Positions 47,404-56,307 are shown, counted from the stretch's first letter. The stretch: DNA of 64,000 nt from Clostridia bacterium (GCA_017429165.1 JAFRPL010000037.1:3009-67008), one strand, 5' to 3'. The notes: generated by a model not told the origin, from the sequence alone. Numbers and translations: made by a program.

Positions 47404-48753
47404 ATGCTGAAACAATTTGACATCCTTCCCAACCCCAAACAGCTGGAATTCTTTAAATCCAAAGCCAAATACACCGCTTACGGCGGCGCGCGAGGAGGCG
47501 GGAAATCGTGGGCGATGCGGATAAAGCTCGTACTTCTCGCCGCAAGGTACGCGGGTATAAACATACTGCTGCTTAGGCGCACTCTGGGGGAGCTGCGGGA
47601 AAACCACATCATTCCCCTGCGCGCGCTGCTGAACGGAGTCGCCGTTTACAAGGATTCGGCAAAAGAATTCGACTTTCCCAACGGCAGCCGCATCAAGCTC
47701 GGCTATCTCGATTCCGAATCGGACGTACTGCAGTATCAGGGCCAGGCGTACGAGGTCATAGGGATGGAGGAAGCCACGCAGTTCACTTATTTTCAGTTCC
47801 TGTGCCTTACCGAATGCAACCGCGTTTCCGGCTCGATGACCAAGCCGTTCACGCCGCGAATGTATTTCACCTGCAATCCCGGAGGAGTCGGCAACAACTG
47901 GGTAAAGCGGCTGTTCATAGACCGTGAATACCGCCTTAACGAAAACCCCGCCGATTACGTGTTCATAAAGAGTCTGGTGTACGACAACACGTTTCTTATG
48001 GAACACGACCCCGGATATCTGCGCACGCTCGAAGCCCTGCCCGAAACGCGAAAGCGCGCCATGCTTTACGGCGACTGGAATTCGTTCGAAGGTATGTTTT
48101 TCCCCGAATTCGACGAGGCGAAACACGTTATCCCCGACCTTCGTCCGTCTTCCGAATGGGTAAAGTTCCGCGCGCTCGATTACGGGCTGGATATGACCGC
48201 CTGCCTGTGGATCGCCGTCACGCCCGAACGACGACTGGTAGTTTACCGCGAGCTTTGCAAGCCGAATCTTATACTTTCGGAAGCAGCGGCGGCGATAATC
48301 AGAGCGACGCCCGAAAACGAGAATATCCGTTACACGGTGGCGTCGCCCGACCTTTGGAACAGGCGGCAGGACAGCGGCAAAAGCGGCGTGCAGATAATGA
48401 CCGAAGCGGGTCTGAAAGGACTGCGGCGCGCCGACAGCGCGCGTATACCGGGCTGGCGCGTGATGCGCGAATACCTGCGCCCGGGCGCCGAAGACGGAAT
48501 TCCTAAGCTGCATATCACGAGGTCGTGCAAAGAACTCATAAGGTGTCTCCCCTCTTTGGCTTTCGACCCGGATACGAGCGAGGACGCTTCGGACGCTCCG
48601 CACGACATAACGCACGCGCCTGAAGCGCTTCGCTACGCGGTGATGTCACGCGAACCGCGCTGCGAACCGAGGACACCGCCCGACACGGGCGGTACGTACA
48701 GTTTCGGCAGCCGCAGGATAAATGCCGGAAACGACGATTATTTTGAATGTTAG
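47404..48753 (+). CDS. terL: Phage terminase large subunit
   Basis: 449 aa. Walker A YGGARGGGKSWAM, Walker B-like ILLLRRT, coupling motif MEEAT, and a C-terminal nuclease-like region (ALDYGLD...DAPHDITHAPEALRY). Confidence 0.88.
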   Translation: MLKQFDILPNPKQLEFFKSKAKYTAYGGARGGGKSWAMRIKLVLLAARYAGINILLLRRTLGELRENHIIPLRALLNGVAVYKDSAKEFDFPNGSRIKLGYLDSESDVLQYQGQAYEVIGMEEATQFTYFQFLCLTECNRVSGSMTKPFTPRMYFTCNPGGVGNNWVKRLFIDREYRLNENPADYVFIKSLVYDNTFLMEHDPGYLRTLEALPETRKRAMLYGDWNSFEGMFFPEFDEAKHVIPDLRPSSEWVKFRALDYGLDMTACLWIAVTPERRLVVYRELCKPNLILSEAAAAIIRATPENENIRYTVASPDLWNRRQDSGKSGVQIMTEAGLKGLRRADSARIPGWRVMREYLRPGAEDGIPKLHITRSCKELIRCLPSLAFDPDTSEDASDAPHDITHAPEALRYAVMSREPRCEPRTPPDTGGTYSFGSRRINAGNDDYFEC

Positions 48754-48768
48754 GAGAAAACGACACGT

Positions 48769-50337
48769 ATGAAAAACAAAACTCCGACCACCGACGAATG
48801 GAAGCTTTACGAAAGCGGGAAAGAGTACAACACTTCGCTTGATCTGTACAACAAGGTCGCTTCCAACGAGCGGTTCTACCGCGGCGACCAGTGGGAAAGC
48901 GTGAGATCGGGCAATCTTCCTCGCCCGGTGTTCAACATCTTCAAGCGCATAATCAACTACTATTCCTCTTCCATACTTTCCACGTCCGTGGCAATGAAAT
49001 TCTCTTTCGCCGAACCTTTCGGCGAAGGACTTCCCGTCGGCAGAGAAACTGCCGCCGGCTACGAGAAGATGCTCAACGGCATCGCACAGCGGAGCTGGGA
49101 GGATATGCGCATGGAAGAGCTTATGGACGACGCGCTCCACGATGCGGCGCTGAGCGGCGACGCGGTGGCGTACACCTACTGGGACGCCGGCGTAAAAACC
49201 GGCCAGGAGCTCAAAGGCGATTTCCGCACCGTGCTGGTGGATAACACCGACGTGTTTTTCGGGAACCCCAACAGCCGCTGCGTGCAGAAGCAGCCGTGGA
49301 TACTCATATCCGCGCGCGAACACGTAGACGACCTGAAAACCCAGGCGAGGCGCAACGGAAGACCGGAAGAAGAGATCGCAAAGATAAAGCCCGACACCGC
49401 GAACGACTGCGGCAGCGGCGATCTTTCGAAGATCGAGCTCGAAAACACCCGGTGCATTTCGCTCATAAAGCTGTGGCGGGGCGGGGACGGCAGGATCCGC
49501 TACCGCAAATCCACGCGCGACGCGGTGATATGCGGCGAGACCGAGACAGGGCTTCGCGATTACCCGATCGCCGTGATGAACTGGACGAAATCCAAGAATT
49601 CATGGCACGGCGAGGCTGTCGCGACCGGGCTGACCGAAAACCAGATATTCATCAACAAGGGCTACGCGATGGTGATGAAGCATATGATGGACACCGCTTT
49701 TTCCAAGGTGGTGTACGACGGTACCGTGCTCGAAGACTGGTCCAACCGCGTAGGCGAAGCGATCAAGGTCGACGGCCCGGTCAACGACGTCGCCAAAGTG
49801 ATACTCCCCGGGCAGATGCAGTCCGGTATGCTGGAAGTCATAAATATGGCCATGTCGGCGACCAAGGAATGCTTAGGCGCGACCGACACGGCTCTCGGCG
49901 ACGTGGAGCCCAACAACACTTCCGCCATCCTCGCGCTGCAAAAGGCGTCCACGCTTCCGCTTGAAAGCGTAAAGCGTCAGTTTTACCGCTTTATAGAAGA
50001 TATTGGGCTTGTGTGGCTCGATTTCATAACCGCCTATTACGGCGAGGGGCGCCTTATAGAAACGGAAGGCGGATACGCGCGTTTCAGTCTGGGTGAAAAA
50101 CGCGACGCGCTGTTCAAGTGCAGGATAGACGTCGGGCCTTCGGCGTACTGGTCCGAGATCGCCTGCCTGAACACGCTGGACAATCTGCTTCAGGGCGGAC
50201 ACATAAACATAATACAGTATCTTGAACGGCTGCCCGAAAACCTGCTGGCTTCCAAGGATCAGCTGATAAACGAGATACGGGAAAACTATGAGAAAGGTTT
50301 GACAGATGACAAAGAAACGATTGATGGAAATACTTGA
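48769..50337 (+). CDS. Phage portal protein (putative)
   Basis: 522 aa. The position directly after terL, the size, and the N-terminal NERFYRGDQW...LPRPVFNIFKRII block are typical of portal N-termini. RBS AGGAGA. Confidence 0.65.
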   Translation: MKNKTPTTDEWKLYESGKEYNTSLDLYNKVASNERFYRGDQWESVRSGNLPRPVFNIFKRIINYYSSSILSTSVAMKFSFAEPFGEGLPVGRETAAGYEKMLNGIAQRSWEDMRMEELMDDALHDAALSGDAVAYTYWDAGVKTGQELKGDFRTVLVDNTDVFFGNPNSRCVQKQPWILISAREHVDDLKTQARRNGRPEEEIAKIKPDTANDCGSGDLSKIELENTRCISLIKLWRGGDGRIRYRKSTRDAVICGETETGLRDYPIAVMNWTKSKNSWHGEAVATGLTENQIFINKGYAMVMKHMMDTAFSKVVYDGTVLEDWSNRVGEAIKVDGPVNDVAKVILPGQMQSGMLEVINMAMSATKECLGATDTALGDVEPNNTSAILALQKASTLPLESVKRQFYRFIEDIGLVWLDFITAYYGEGRLIETEGGYARFSLGEKRDALFKCRIDVGPSAYWSEIACLNTLDNLLQGGHINIIQYLERLPENLLASKDQLINEIRENYEKGLTDDKETIDGNT

Positions 50338-50833
50338 AGATCTCGCCGAAAGCGAAGGCAGATCCGCCGAGGCGTTTCTGCTCGACATTGCGGAAAAAGC
50401 CGAAAACGCGCGCAGCGAAAGGTTCAGATCGTACCCGCCCGAGCTTCAGACCGAAGCGGCGGAAGCCGAAAAGATAAAGCGCAGCTACCGTGAGGAAAAA
50501 CGCAGGATGCGCGAAAGAGAGCAGTTCGACAAAGAGCTCGAAACGTTCATCAAAGCTTTCCCCGGCGTTACGCCGGAAACGGTACCGCAGCGCGTCTGGG
50601 AAGACGTTGCGGACGGTATACCGCTCGCGTACGCTTACGCCTTTTCGGTCGCCGCCGGCGGCAAGACGAGCGACGAGATCAATGCACGGAACGAAGCGAG
50701 ATCAGTCCCCGTCGCGCCCGGCAGAGCCGAAGAGCCTGCTTTCACCGAAAGCGAAGTGGAAAAAATGCCTCCCGCAGCGGTGAAGAACAACTTTGCAAAG
50801 ATCATAAGTTCCATGAAAAAATGGAAATCATAA
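50306..50833 (+). CDS. Putative scaffolding protein
   Basis: 175 aa, highly charged and predicted helical (EAEKIKRSYREEKRRMREREQFDKELE). It lies between the portal and capsid genes and overlaps the portal end. Confidence 0.5.
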   Translation: MTKKRLMEILEDLAESEGRSAEAFLLDIAEKAENARSERFRSYPPELQTEAAEAEKIKRSYREEKRRMREREQFDKELETFIKAFPGVTPETVPQRVWEDVADGIPLAYAYAFSVAAGGKTSDEINARNEARSVPVAPGRAEEPAFTESEVEKMPPAAVKNNFAKIISSMKKWKS

Positions 50834-50848
50834 GAAAGGAACGGTAAA

Positions 50849-51673
50849 ATGTCCAATTACAATTCTATAGAAAAGATCATCTCCGCGGAAATACTCCGCA
50901 CCAACGAAGACAATCTCATTGCCAACAAAATATGCAACACCTCGTTCGCGGGCGATATAAAGAACTCCGGCGATTCGGTGACTTTCATCGGGCTCAACGA
51001 TCCCGCGGTGGGCAGCTACAACGGCACTGTCAGCTATGAAGAGATCGACGACAACGCCATAAAGCTCAACATCGACCAGGATAAGTACTTCGCTTTCAAG
51101 GTCAGCGATCTTGAGGCGCTGCGCAGCTCGATAGGGCTCAAGGATTCGCAGACCAAGCGCGCGAGCTACAACCTTAAAAAGAGCGTGGATTCATATGTGC
51201 TGGGCCTTTACGGACAGGCCGGGACCACGCTCGCTTCCGCGACGGTCACTCCCGCCAACGCGCTTCAGGTAGTCGCCGAAATGAAAGAGGCGCTCGAAAA
51301 AGCCAACGTCCCCGACGGCCAGTCGTGGATCGTCATCCCGCCTTTCCTCAAGACAAAGCTCATACTCGCCGGGATCAAGTTTTCGGTAAACGAAGGCGTA
51401 AACGGCACCGGCGCTATCGGCTACACCGACGAGCTGGGCTGCGATCTTTACGTTTCGAACCAGCTTTCCAACTACGGCACCACCTACTACGCGCTCGCCG
51501 GTTCGTATTCCGCCATCGGCTACGCCGAGCAGATACTCGACACCCAGGTCATCGACCGCATGGAAGATTCGTTCGACACCGCCGTGCGCGGCAGGATCGT
51601 CTTCGGGGCAAAAGTCATAAAGCCGGGCGAACTTGTCTGCGCTCCCGTCATCGACGGCGGAAACAGCATATAA
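50849..51673 (+). CDS. Putative major capsid protein
   Basis: 274 aa. Position after the scaffold gene, strong RBS, and a following stabilising hairpin region. No protease gene is present. The call rests on synteny and composition only. Confidence 0.55.
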   Translation: MSNYNSIEKIISAEILRTNEDNLIANKICNTSFAGDIKNSGDSVTFIGLNDPAVGSYNGTVSYEEIDDNAIKLNIDQDKYFAFKVSDLEALRSSIGLKDSQTKRASYNLKKSVDSYVLGLYGQAGTTLASATVTPANALQVVAEMKEALEKANVPDGQSWIVIPPFLKTKLILAGIKFSVNEGVNGTGAIGYTDELGCDLYVSNQLSNYGTTYYALAGSYSAIGYAEQILDTQVIDRMEDSFDTAVRGRIVFGAKVIKPGELVCAPVIDGGNSI

Positions 51674-51697
51674 ACTGACTGAAAGGAGAATAACACA

Positions 51698-52087
51698 ATG
51701 GCTATCACCGTAACCCCCACCTACGTCAACCCTTCCAACACCGCAAAGAATGCTGCTTTTGCGGAAGGCGTTTCCGAAACCGCCGGCACCGCCGAGACCT
51801 TTGAGACCGTCTTCCCCGCGAGCGACGAGACCTGCTACATAATGGTCAAGAACGGCAACGCCGCCACGGTCCAGGTCAAGCTGCTCGCCGCCAAGGAAAA
51901 CAACGGCTTCAGCGAAGTGAACCACACGCTCGCCAAGAACGGCATGTGCGTCTTCTCGGTCGAGTCCGGATTCGTTAAGAACGCTGACGGAAAAGTCTAC
52001 GTAAAAGTGACGCCCAACTCCGCTACGACCGTCAAATCCTGCGCCGTAGGCGTCGCCGCGATATATTCCGGCGTGACGACCGCTTAA
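51698..52087 (+). CDS. Phage-like structural protein, unassigned (decoration/head-fibre candidate)
   Basis: 129 aa. RBS AGGAGA. Beta-rich, Ala/Thr/Val-rich composition. Confidence 0.5.
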   Translation: MAITVTPTYVNPSNTAKNAAFAEGVSETAGTAETFETVFPASDETCYIMVKNGNAATVQVKLLAAKENNGFSEVNHTLAKNGMCVFSVESGFVKNADGKVYVKVTPNSATTVKSCAVGVAAIYSGVTTA

Positions 52088-52123
52088 GGGTCCGGAAATC
52101 CGACCCCTCAAGGGCAAAAAAAT

Positions 52124-52155
52124 GCGCGTTCCGCGGCGAAAAGCCGCGGACGCGC
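52124..52155 (+). other. GC-rich hairpin after the capsid-region genes (mRNA stabiliser/attenuator candidate)
   Basis: GCGCGTTCCGCGG (52124-52136) / CCGCGGACGCGC (52144-52155) with a single bulge. No T-tract follows. Confidence 0.45.
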
Positions 52156-52174
52156 CATAACGAAAGGAGCTATT

Positions 52175-52591
52175 ATGAACGATAACTGGGTGATAAAGAC
52201 CGAGGTGAGCGTAAGCGCGGAAAAGATATTTTCCATAATGACTTCGTTCCTGGGTATCAACGGGAGTCTGGGGGCGCAGGAGCAGATTTCCGAACGTTGC
52301 CGCCCCGGCGCGCTCGACTGCATAAACGCGGCGATCCACGAAGTGAACAAGATAAACCGCGAATTTTCGAATAACGATATCACGCCGTCCGTTGTTACGA
52401 GCTTTGAAGAATCCGTCACAGCGGTATCGGCGGTCGCGTACAACGTTCTTCCGCTAAGAGCGGCGACATTCCTGGCGCTTCGCTACGACGTAAAGACTGC
52501 GCAGATCCTGCAAAAGATATACGATATGACTTTTGAGATCTATCACGGCGCGGCTCCGGCGAAAGCGGGGCCGATAAGCGAGGCGTACTGA
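52175..52591 (+). CDS. Phage-like protein, head-tail connector/adaptor candidate
   Basis: 138 aa. RBS AGGAG. The size, position and helical N-terminal half are as in gp6/gp4-type adaptors. No motif-level support. Confidence 0.45.
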   Translation: MNDNWVIKTEVSVSAEKIFSIMTSFLGINGSLGAQEQISERCRPGALDCINAAIHEVNKINREFSNNDITPSVVTSFEESVTAVSAVAYNVLPLRAATFLALRYDVKTAQILQKIYDMTFEIYHGAAPAKAGPISEAY

Positions 52592-54285
52592 TGGCTAAGA
52601 GAAGCGTTTATTACAGATCGTTCGGCGGACTTGACCGGTACGCCAAGGACGCGATATGCGCCGAAAGCGCCGTCGATTTCGTCGTCGATGCGGGCGGTTC
52701 CCTCTGCAAAAGCAAAGGGTTCGAAAACTTTATCCGTTCGCCGGCGGCAATCAAGGCGTGCTGGGCGGGTACGCTTTGCGGCAGGAACGCGATAGTGTTC
52801 CTTGCAGGCGGAAACATCTACGACTGCGATCCGGACAATATGACGATGACTTCGGAAGACGCATCCGGCGCGTCGAGAGCCGCGTTTTTTAAATACGAAG
52901 ACAAGCTCTACGCGCTTTGCGACACCGGATATTTCCGCTACGACGGCAGCACGTTCGAAAGCGCAACCGGATACATACCGCTTATTTCGGTATCCACGGC
53001 GCCTGACGGCGAAGGGACTGCGTACGAAGCGGTCAATATGCTGAGTTCCGCGAGAAGGCAGCAATTTTCACCCAACGGGACCGACGCATGCTTTCATCTT
53101 GCCGAAAAGGACATAAGCGCCGTGATCAAAGTGACGCTCGGGGGCGAGGAATGCGCCGCGAGCGACTACAGCTGCGACACGGCGAACGGCACGGTCACGA
53201 TGACGAATATCCCGGACGCCGGCGTGAACACGCTCGAGATCACATACGACACGGGCAGTTCGGGCAGGAGCGATTTCTGCAAGTTCAAGAACGCCATGCT
53301 TTTCGGCTCCAACGCCGACGAGCGCGTTTTTCTGTGGAACAATCCCGACCGCCCGTGCATACGGATCCACAGCGAGCTTGCCGACGGCGTGCCGAGCGCC
53401 GAGTATTTCCCCGTAACGAACTACACTTCGGTCGGCAGCGCGCCCATAACCGATATGGTCCAGGAATACGACCGGCAGCTGATATTCACCGCCGATTCTG
53501 CGTATTATTCGTACTGCGAGATGAAGACGATGACTTCGGGAAAAACAGTCGCTTCGTTCCCGGTATATCCGCTTCATCCGCGCAAAGGGAACCTGATATA
53601 CGGCAGTTCGTGCGTTATGAACGGGCTGGCGGCGACTCTGTGCCGAGACGGAGTGAATATCTGGCGGCCTTCCACTGTTGAAAACGAAAAGAACGCGGTA
53701 TGCATTTCGGGCGCGGTGAACGATATGATACTTCCCGAAACGTACGCTTACGCAACGGGCGCAAAGCTATTTGAACTTCCCTCTTTGAGCGAGCTGTATT
53801 TTGTGGGCGCGACGATGACGGCGGTGTTCAATTACGCCACGCAGAAATGGTACAGACTTTCCGCAGGCGGTATGACTAACGTGTTCGAAGCGTTCGGCAG
53901 CGTTTTCGCCGTTAAGGGCGAATACATAAAGCGCATGACTTCATCCGAGCGTTCGGGCAGCGCAAGTTACAAAACGCATTACAGCGAGCTGGGAAGCTGT
54001 GCGCTTAAAGACGTTCATTTCATAAACCTCACTGTAGAAGCCGGTTACGTCACCGCCGGGAGCGTGAAAGTATACTGGCCCGGGGAAAGCGGGGTTTTCA
54101 GTTCGGAACAGTATTTCGAGGTCGATCAGGCGCTTCACGGGAACGCGGTATCTGTCGCGCTGCCGTTCTATATCCCCAACGTGAGCGGTATTTCGGTGGA
54201 GTTTAAATGTCCGCCCGGCAAGGAACTGAAGATACTGGGATACGGCATCACATTTGACGACAAAGGAGTAAACAATGGATTATAA
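52591..54285 (+). CDS. Large phage-like virion protein, unassigned (tail hub/nozzle candidate)
   Basis: 564 aa. Its start overlaps the previous stop (TGATG). Beta-rich sequence with recurring aromatic-Gly motifs. Function inferred only from position. Confidence 0.45.
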   Translation: MAKRSVYYRSFGGLDRYAKDAICAESAVDFVVDAGGSLCKSKGFENFIRSPAAIKACWAGTLCGRNAIVFLAGGNIYDCDPDNMTMTSEDASGASRAAFFKYEDKLYALCDTGYFRYDGSTFESATGYIPLISVSTAPDGEGTAYEAVNMLSSARRQQFSPNGTDACFHLAEKDISAVIKVTLGGEECAASDYSCDTANGTVTMTNIPDAGVNTLEITYDTGSSGRSDFCKFKNAMLFGSNADERVFLWNNPDRPCIRIHSELADGVPSAEYFPVTNYTSVGSAPITDMVQEYDRQLIFTADSAYYSYCEMKTMTSGKTVASFPVYPLHPRKGNLIYGSSCVMNGLAATLCRDGVNIWRPSTVENEKNAVCISGAVNDMILPETYAYATGAKLFELPSLSELYFVGATMTAVFNYATQKWYRLSAGGMTNVFEAFGSVFAVKGEYIKRMTSSERSGSASYKTHYSELGSCALKDVHFINLTVEAGYVTAGSVKVYWPGESGVFSSEQYFEVDQALHGNAVSVALPFYIPNVSGISVEFKCPPGKELKILGYGITFDDKGVNNGL

Positions 54286-55567
54286 GGATTATCTGGACGA
54301 GGCAAAAAAGAAATTGGGCGAAACAGACGCGCTCAAGAATTACCGACAGTTTTACGAAAGCGCCGTAAAGCGCATAAAAGAACGCCGCGACAGTGAACTT
54401 GCGGAGATCGAAAAATCGTACCGCGACGGGCTGAACGAGGCGTCTGCGCAGGACCGCATACTCGCCAAAAATGCCGATCAGTATATGGCGTCGCGCGGGC
54501 TCGCGCGTTCCGGCGAAGCCGAGCAGGAATATATCGACCGTTCGCTGGCGTTTGCAAAAAAGGCGACCTCGCTCGCCGAAGGCAGGCGCAAAAGCGAAGA
54601 TGCCGCAAGGGCCGGCGCCGAAAACGCTATTTCCGTGCTGGACAAAGACTACGCCGAAAAGGCAGACGCCGAAAATCAGCGCGCCTACGCCGAAGCCGCG
54701 GAAGAGGCGAAGACGAGGTACGAAGCCGACCGCGATAACGAGCGTTACAGGCGCGAGACCGAAAGCGAGCGTGCCGAGCGCGAATACAATATCACGCTGG
54801 CGCGCATAAAGGCCGAGCTCGCCGAAGCCGCGGCTCAAAAGGAAAGAGAGTTCAACGCTTCCGAAGCAGCCAAAAAGCGCGAATACGAAGCGGCAGAGGC
54901 TGAAAAGAAACGCGCGTACGAAGCGAGTGAAGCCGAAAAGAAGCGCCGGTACGAGCTGGAGAAGGCGAAAGCTTCGAGCTCTTCGCAAAGTTCCGCAAGC
55001 GGAAACAAAAGCGGCGGATACGTTCCCAAACAGACCGCATCTCAGCTTGCAAAGCAGATAGTATCAAGCCGCACCGCGTCGGGGACCGTGAGCACCGTGA
55101 GCGAAGCCGCGGCCGTTAACGATTACCTCAAAGAGCTCGAAAGCGAAAACGGCATAGACGAAAGCTATATGCGCGACCTTAAGCTGGCGCTCGGAAGCTA
55201 CGGTTTCTTCGTCCCCACGCAGTCTGACTATAAGGCGAGCGAGATCGCCGCGCAATCGGAAAAAACGTATAAAACCGTCTATGACCGAGCGCGCGCCGAC
55301 TACAGGCGCGCAGGCGACCCGGACGCGGACAAAAAGGCGAAAACCGCCGCGCAAAACGCGCAGATGCAGTTCTGCCGTGAAAAATGCGAAACATACGAGC
55401 AGTTCGTGAGATGCTGCCGCGAATGCGGTATAAGCGACGCCGTCATAGCGCGCTTTACGGCAAGCAATCCGCCGGAAAAGAGCGCCAAAGCGACTGAAAG
55501 CGCGGTATCCGGCGCCGTGAGCGCGGCGAAAACCGCGGCGGGCGGCAAGGAAAACACGTTGAAATAG
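54275..55567 (+). CDS. Coiled-coil phage-like protein (needle/plug or internal ejection protein candidate)
   Basis: 430 aa. The N-terminal roughly 230 aa are E/A/K/R-rich heptad-like sequence that includes 3 x 11-aa repeats. Then a Ser-rich linker and a Cys-containing C-terminal domain (FCREKCETYEQFVRCCRECG). Confidence 0.45.
   Translation: MDYKDYLDEAKKKLGETDALKNYRQFYESAVKRIKERRDSELAEIEKSYRDGLNEASAQDRILAKNADQYMASRGLARSGEAEQEYIDRSLAFAKKATSLAEGRRKSEDAARAGAENAISVLDKDYAEKADAENQRAYAEAAEEAKTRYEADRDNERYRRETESERAEREYNITLARIKAELAEAAAQKEREFNASEAAKKREYEAAEAEKKRAYEASEAEKKRRYELEKAKASSSSQSSASGNKSGGYVPKQTASQLAKQIVSSRTASGTVSTVSEAAAVNDYLKELESENGIDESYMRDLKLALGSYGFFVPTQSDYKASEIAAQSEKTYKTVYDRARADYRRAGDPDADKKAKTAAQNAQMQFCREKCETYEQFVRCCRECGISDAVIARFTASNPPEKSAKATESAVSGAVSAAKTAAGGKENTLK
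54857..54955 (+). repeat. 3 x 33-bp in-frame tandem repeat inside the coiled-coil gene
   Basis: Units 54857-54889, 54890-54922 and 54923-54955 encode ASEAAKKREYE / AAEAEKKRAYE / ASEAEKKRRYE. Confidence 0.85.
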
Positions 55568-55580
55568 CGGGAGGCCGAAT

Positions 55581-55883
55581 ATGGATCTGTACGAATACAT
55601 AAAACCGGAACTCATCTCGCTGCTGCCGCTGTTGTATATCATAGGCGAAACGCTCAAAAGATCGTCGGTAGCGGATTGGAAGATCCCTTTCATACTCGGC
55701 ATAGCGGGCATTGCGCTTGCGCTCGTATGGCTCGTCGCGTGCGGCGTTCCCGAAAGCGCGGACGGGCTCGTAAAGCTAGTCGCCTGCGGAGCCGCACAAG
55801 GGCTTTTGTGTGCGGGAGCAACTGTCTACGCGCACAACCTTGTCAAACAATACGGCAAAAGGAACGGTGACGAAGATACATGA
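55581..55883 (+). CDS. Phage holin (clostridial Hol44 / phage_holin_5-like family)
   Basis: 100 aa. KPELISLLPLLYIIGETLKRS..DWKIPFILGIAGIALALVWL......AQGLLCAGATVYAHNLVKQYGK matches the conserved layout of that holin family as I recall it. Charged C-terminal tail. Confidence 0.7.
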   Translation: MDLYEYIKPELISLLPLLYIIGETLKRSSVADWKIPFILGIAGIALALVWLVACGVPESADGLVKLVACGAAQGLLCAGATVYAHNLVKQYGKRNGDEDT

Positions 55884-55950
55884 AGACGTTTATAAGCTGT
55901 ATAAAGAGGGCGTTTGAGCTTATAGCGGCTCTTATTTACGAGATAGGGGC

Positions 55951-56268
55951 ATGAGCTATATCACAGAGGCGCTTGCGATAATATTCTCTTCCTCGGGCGT
56001 TATAGGCGCGGTGATCGCAGCGCTGATGCGCAGGGCGATGAGAAACGCCGCCGAAGACGCCGAACGCAGACGGCGCGAATACGTGGAAGAGCAGCTTTCG
56101 CGCTTTGAGCTCGATCACGCGGCGAACGAGCTGCTGATAGCGCTCGCCCGCTACGCCCGCAAGCTTTGCACCGAAACCGAGCTTGAGATCGCCGAAGCCA
56201 ACTATACCGCCGCAGTCAACAAAGCCGATATGACGCTCAAGAAGAACTACGTTTCGCACAAAAAATGA
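55951..56268 (+). CDS. Small N-terminally membrane-anchored coiled-coil protein (lysis-accessory candidate)
   Basis: 105 aa with a TM segment (ALAIIFSSSGVIGAVIAALM) followed by a charged helix. Weak RBS. Last gene before the terminator. Confidence 0.45.
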   Translation: MSYITEALAIIFSSSGVIGAVIAALMRRAMRNAAEDAERRRREYVEEQLSRFELDHAANELLIALARYARKLCTETELEIAEANYTAAVNKADMTLKKNYVSHKK

Positions 56269-56269
56269 G

Positions 56270-56307
56270 AAAAAGCACGCAAGGTATACGCTTTGCGTGC
56301 TTTTTTT
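56270..56307. terminator. Bidirectional rho-independent terminator (right boundary of the cassette)
   Basis: GCACGCAA (56275-56282) / TTGCGTGC (56293-56300), flanked by an A-run upstream and T7 downstream. Confidence 0.8.

Larger units (their letters stand above)
46903..56307 (+). mobile_element. Phage-derived packaging/head/short-tail-like gene cassette (defective prophage remnant or domesticated GTA-like element), 11 intact co-directional genes
   Basis: Gene order is terS-terL-portal-scaffold-capsid-4 unknown-holin-TM protein, with short gaps or overlaps. It is bounded by the terminators at 46861-46891 and 56270-56307. No integrase, repressor, replication, tape-measure, tail tube/sheath, fibre or lysin genes. 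Both flanks are housekeeping genes. Confidence 0.7.

Noticed and set aside
47209-48615. 468-aa minus-strand ORF (and 51191-52339, 382 aa) inside the phage-derived cassette, considered as possible antisense regulators or an integrase
   Set aside because: Arg/Gly/Ala/Val-rich nonsense-like sequence opposite the terminase and capsid genes. No recombinase or HTH motifs and no RBS.
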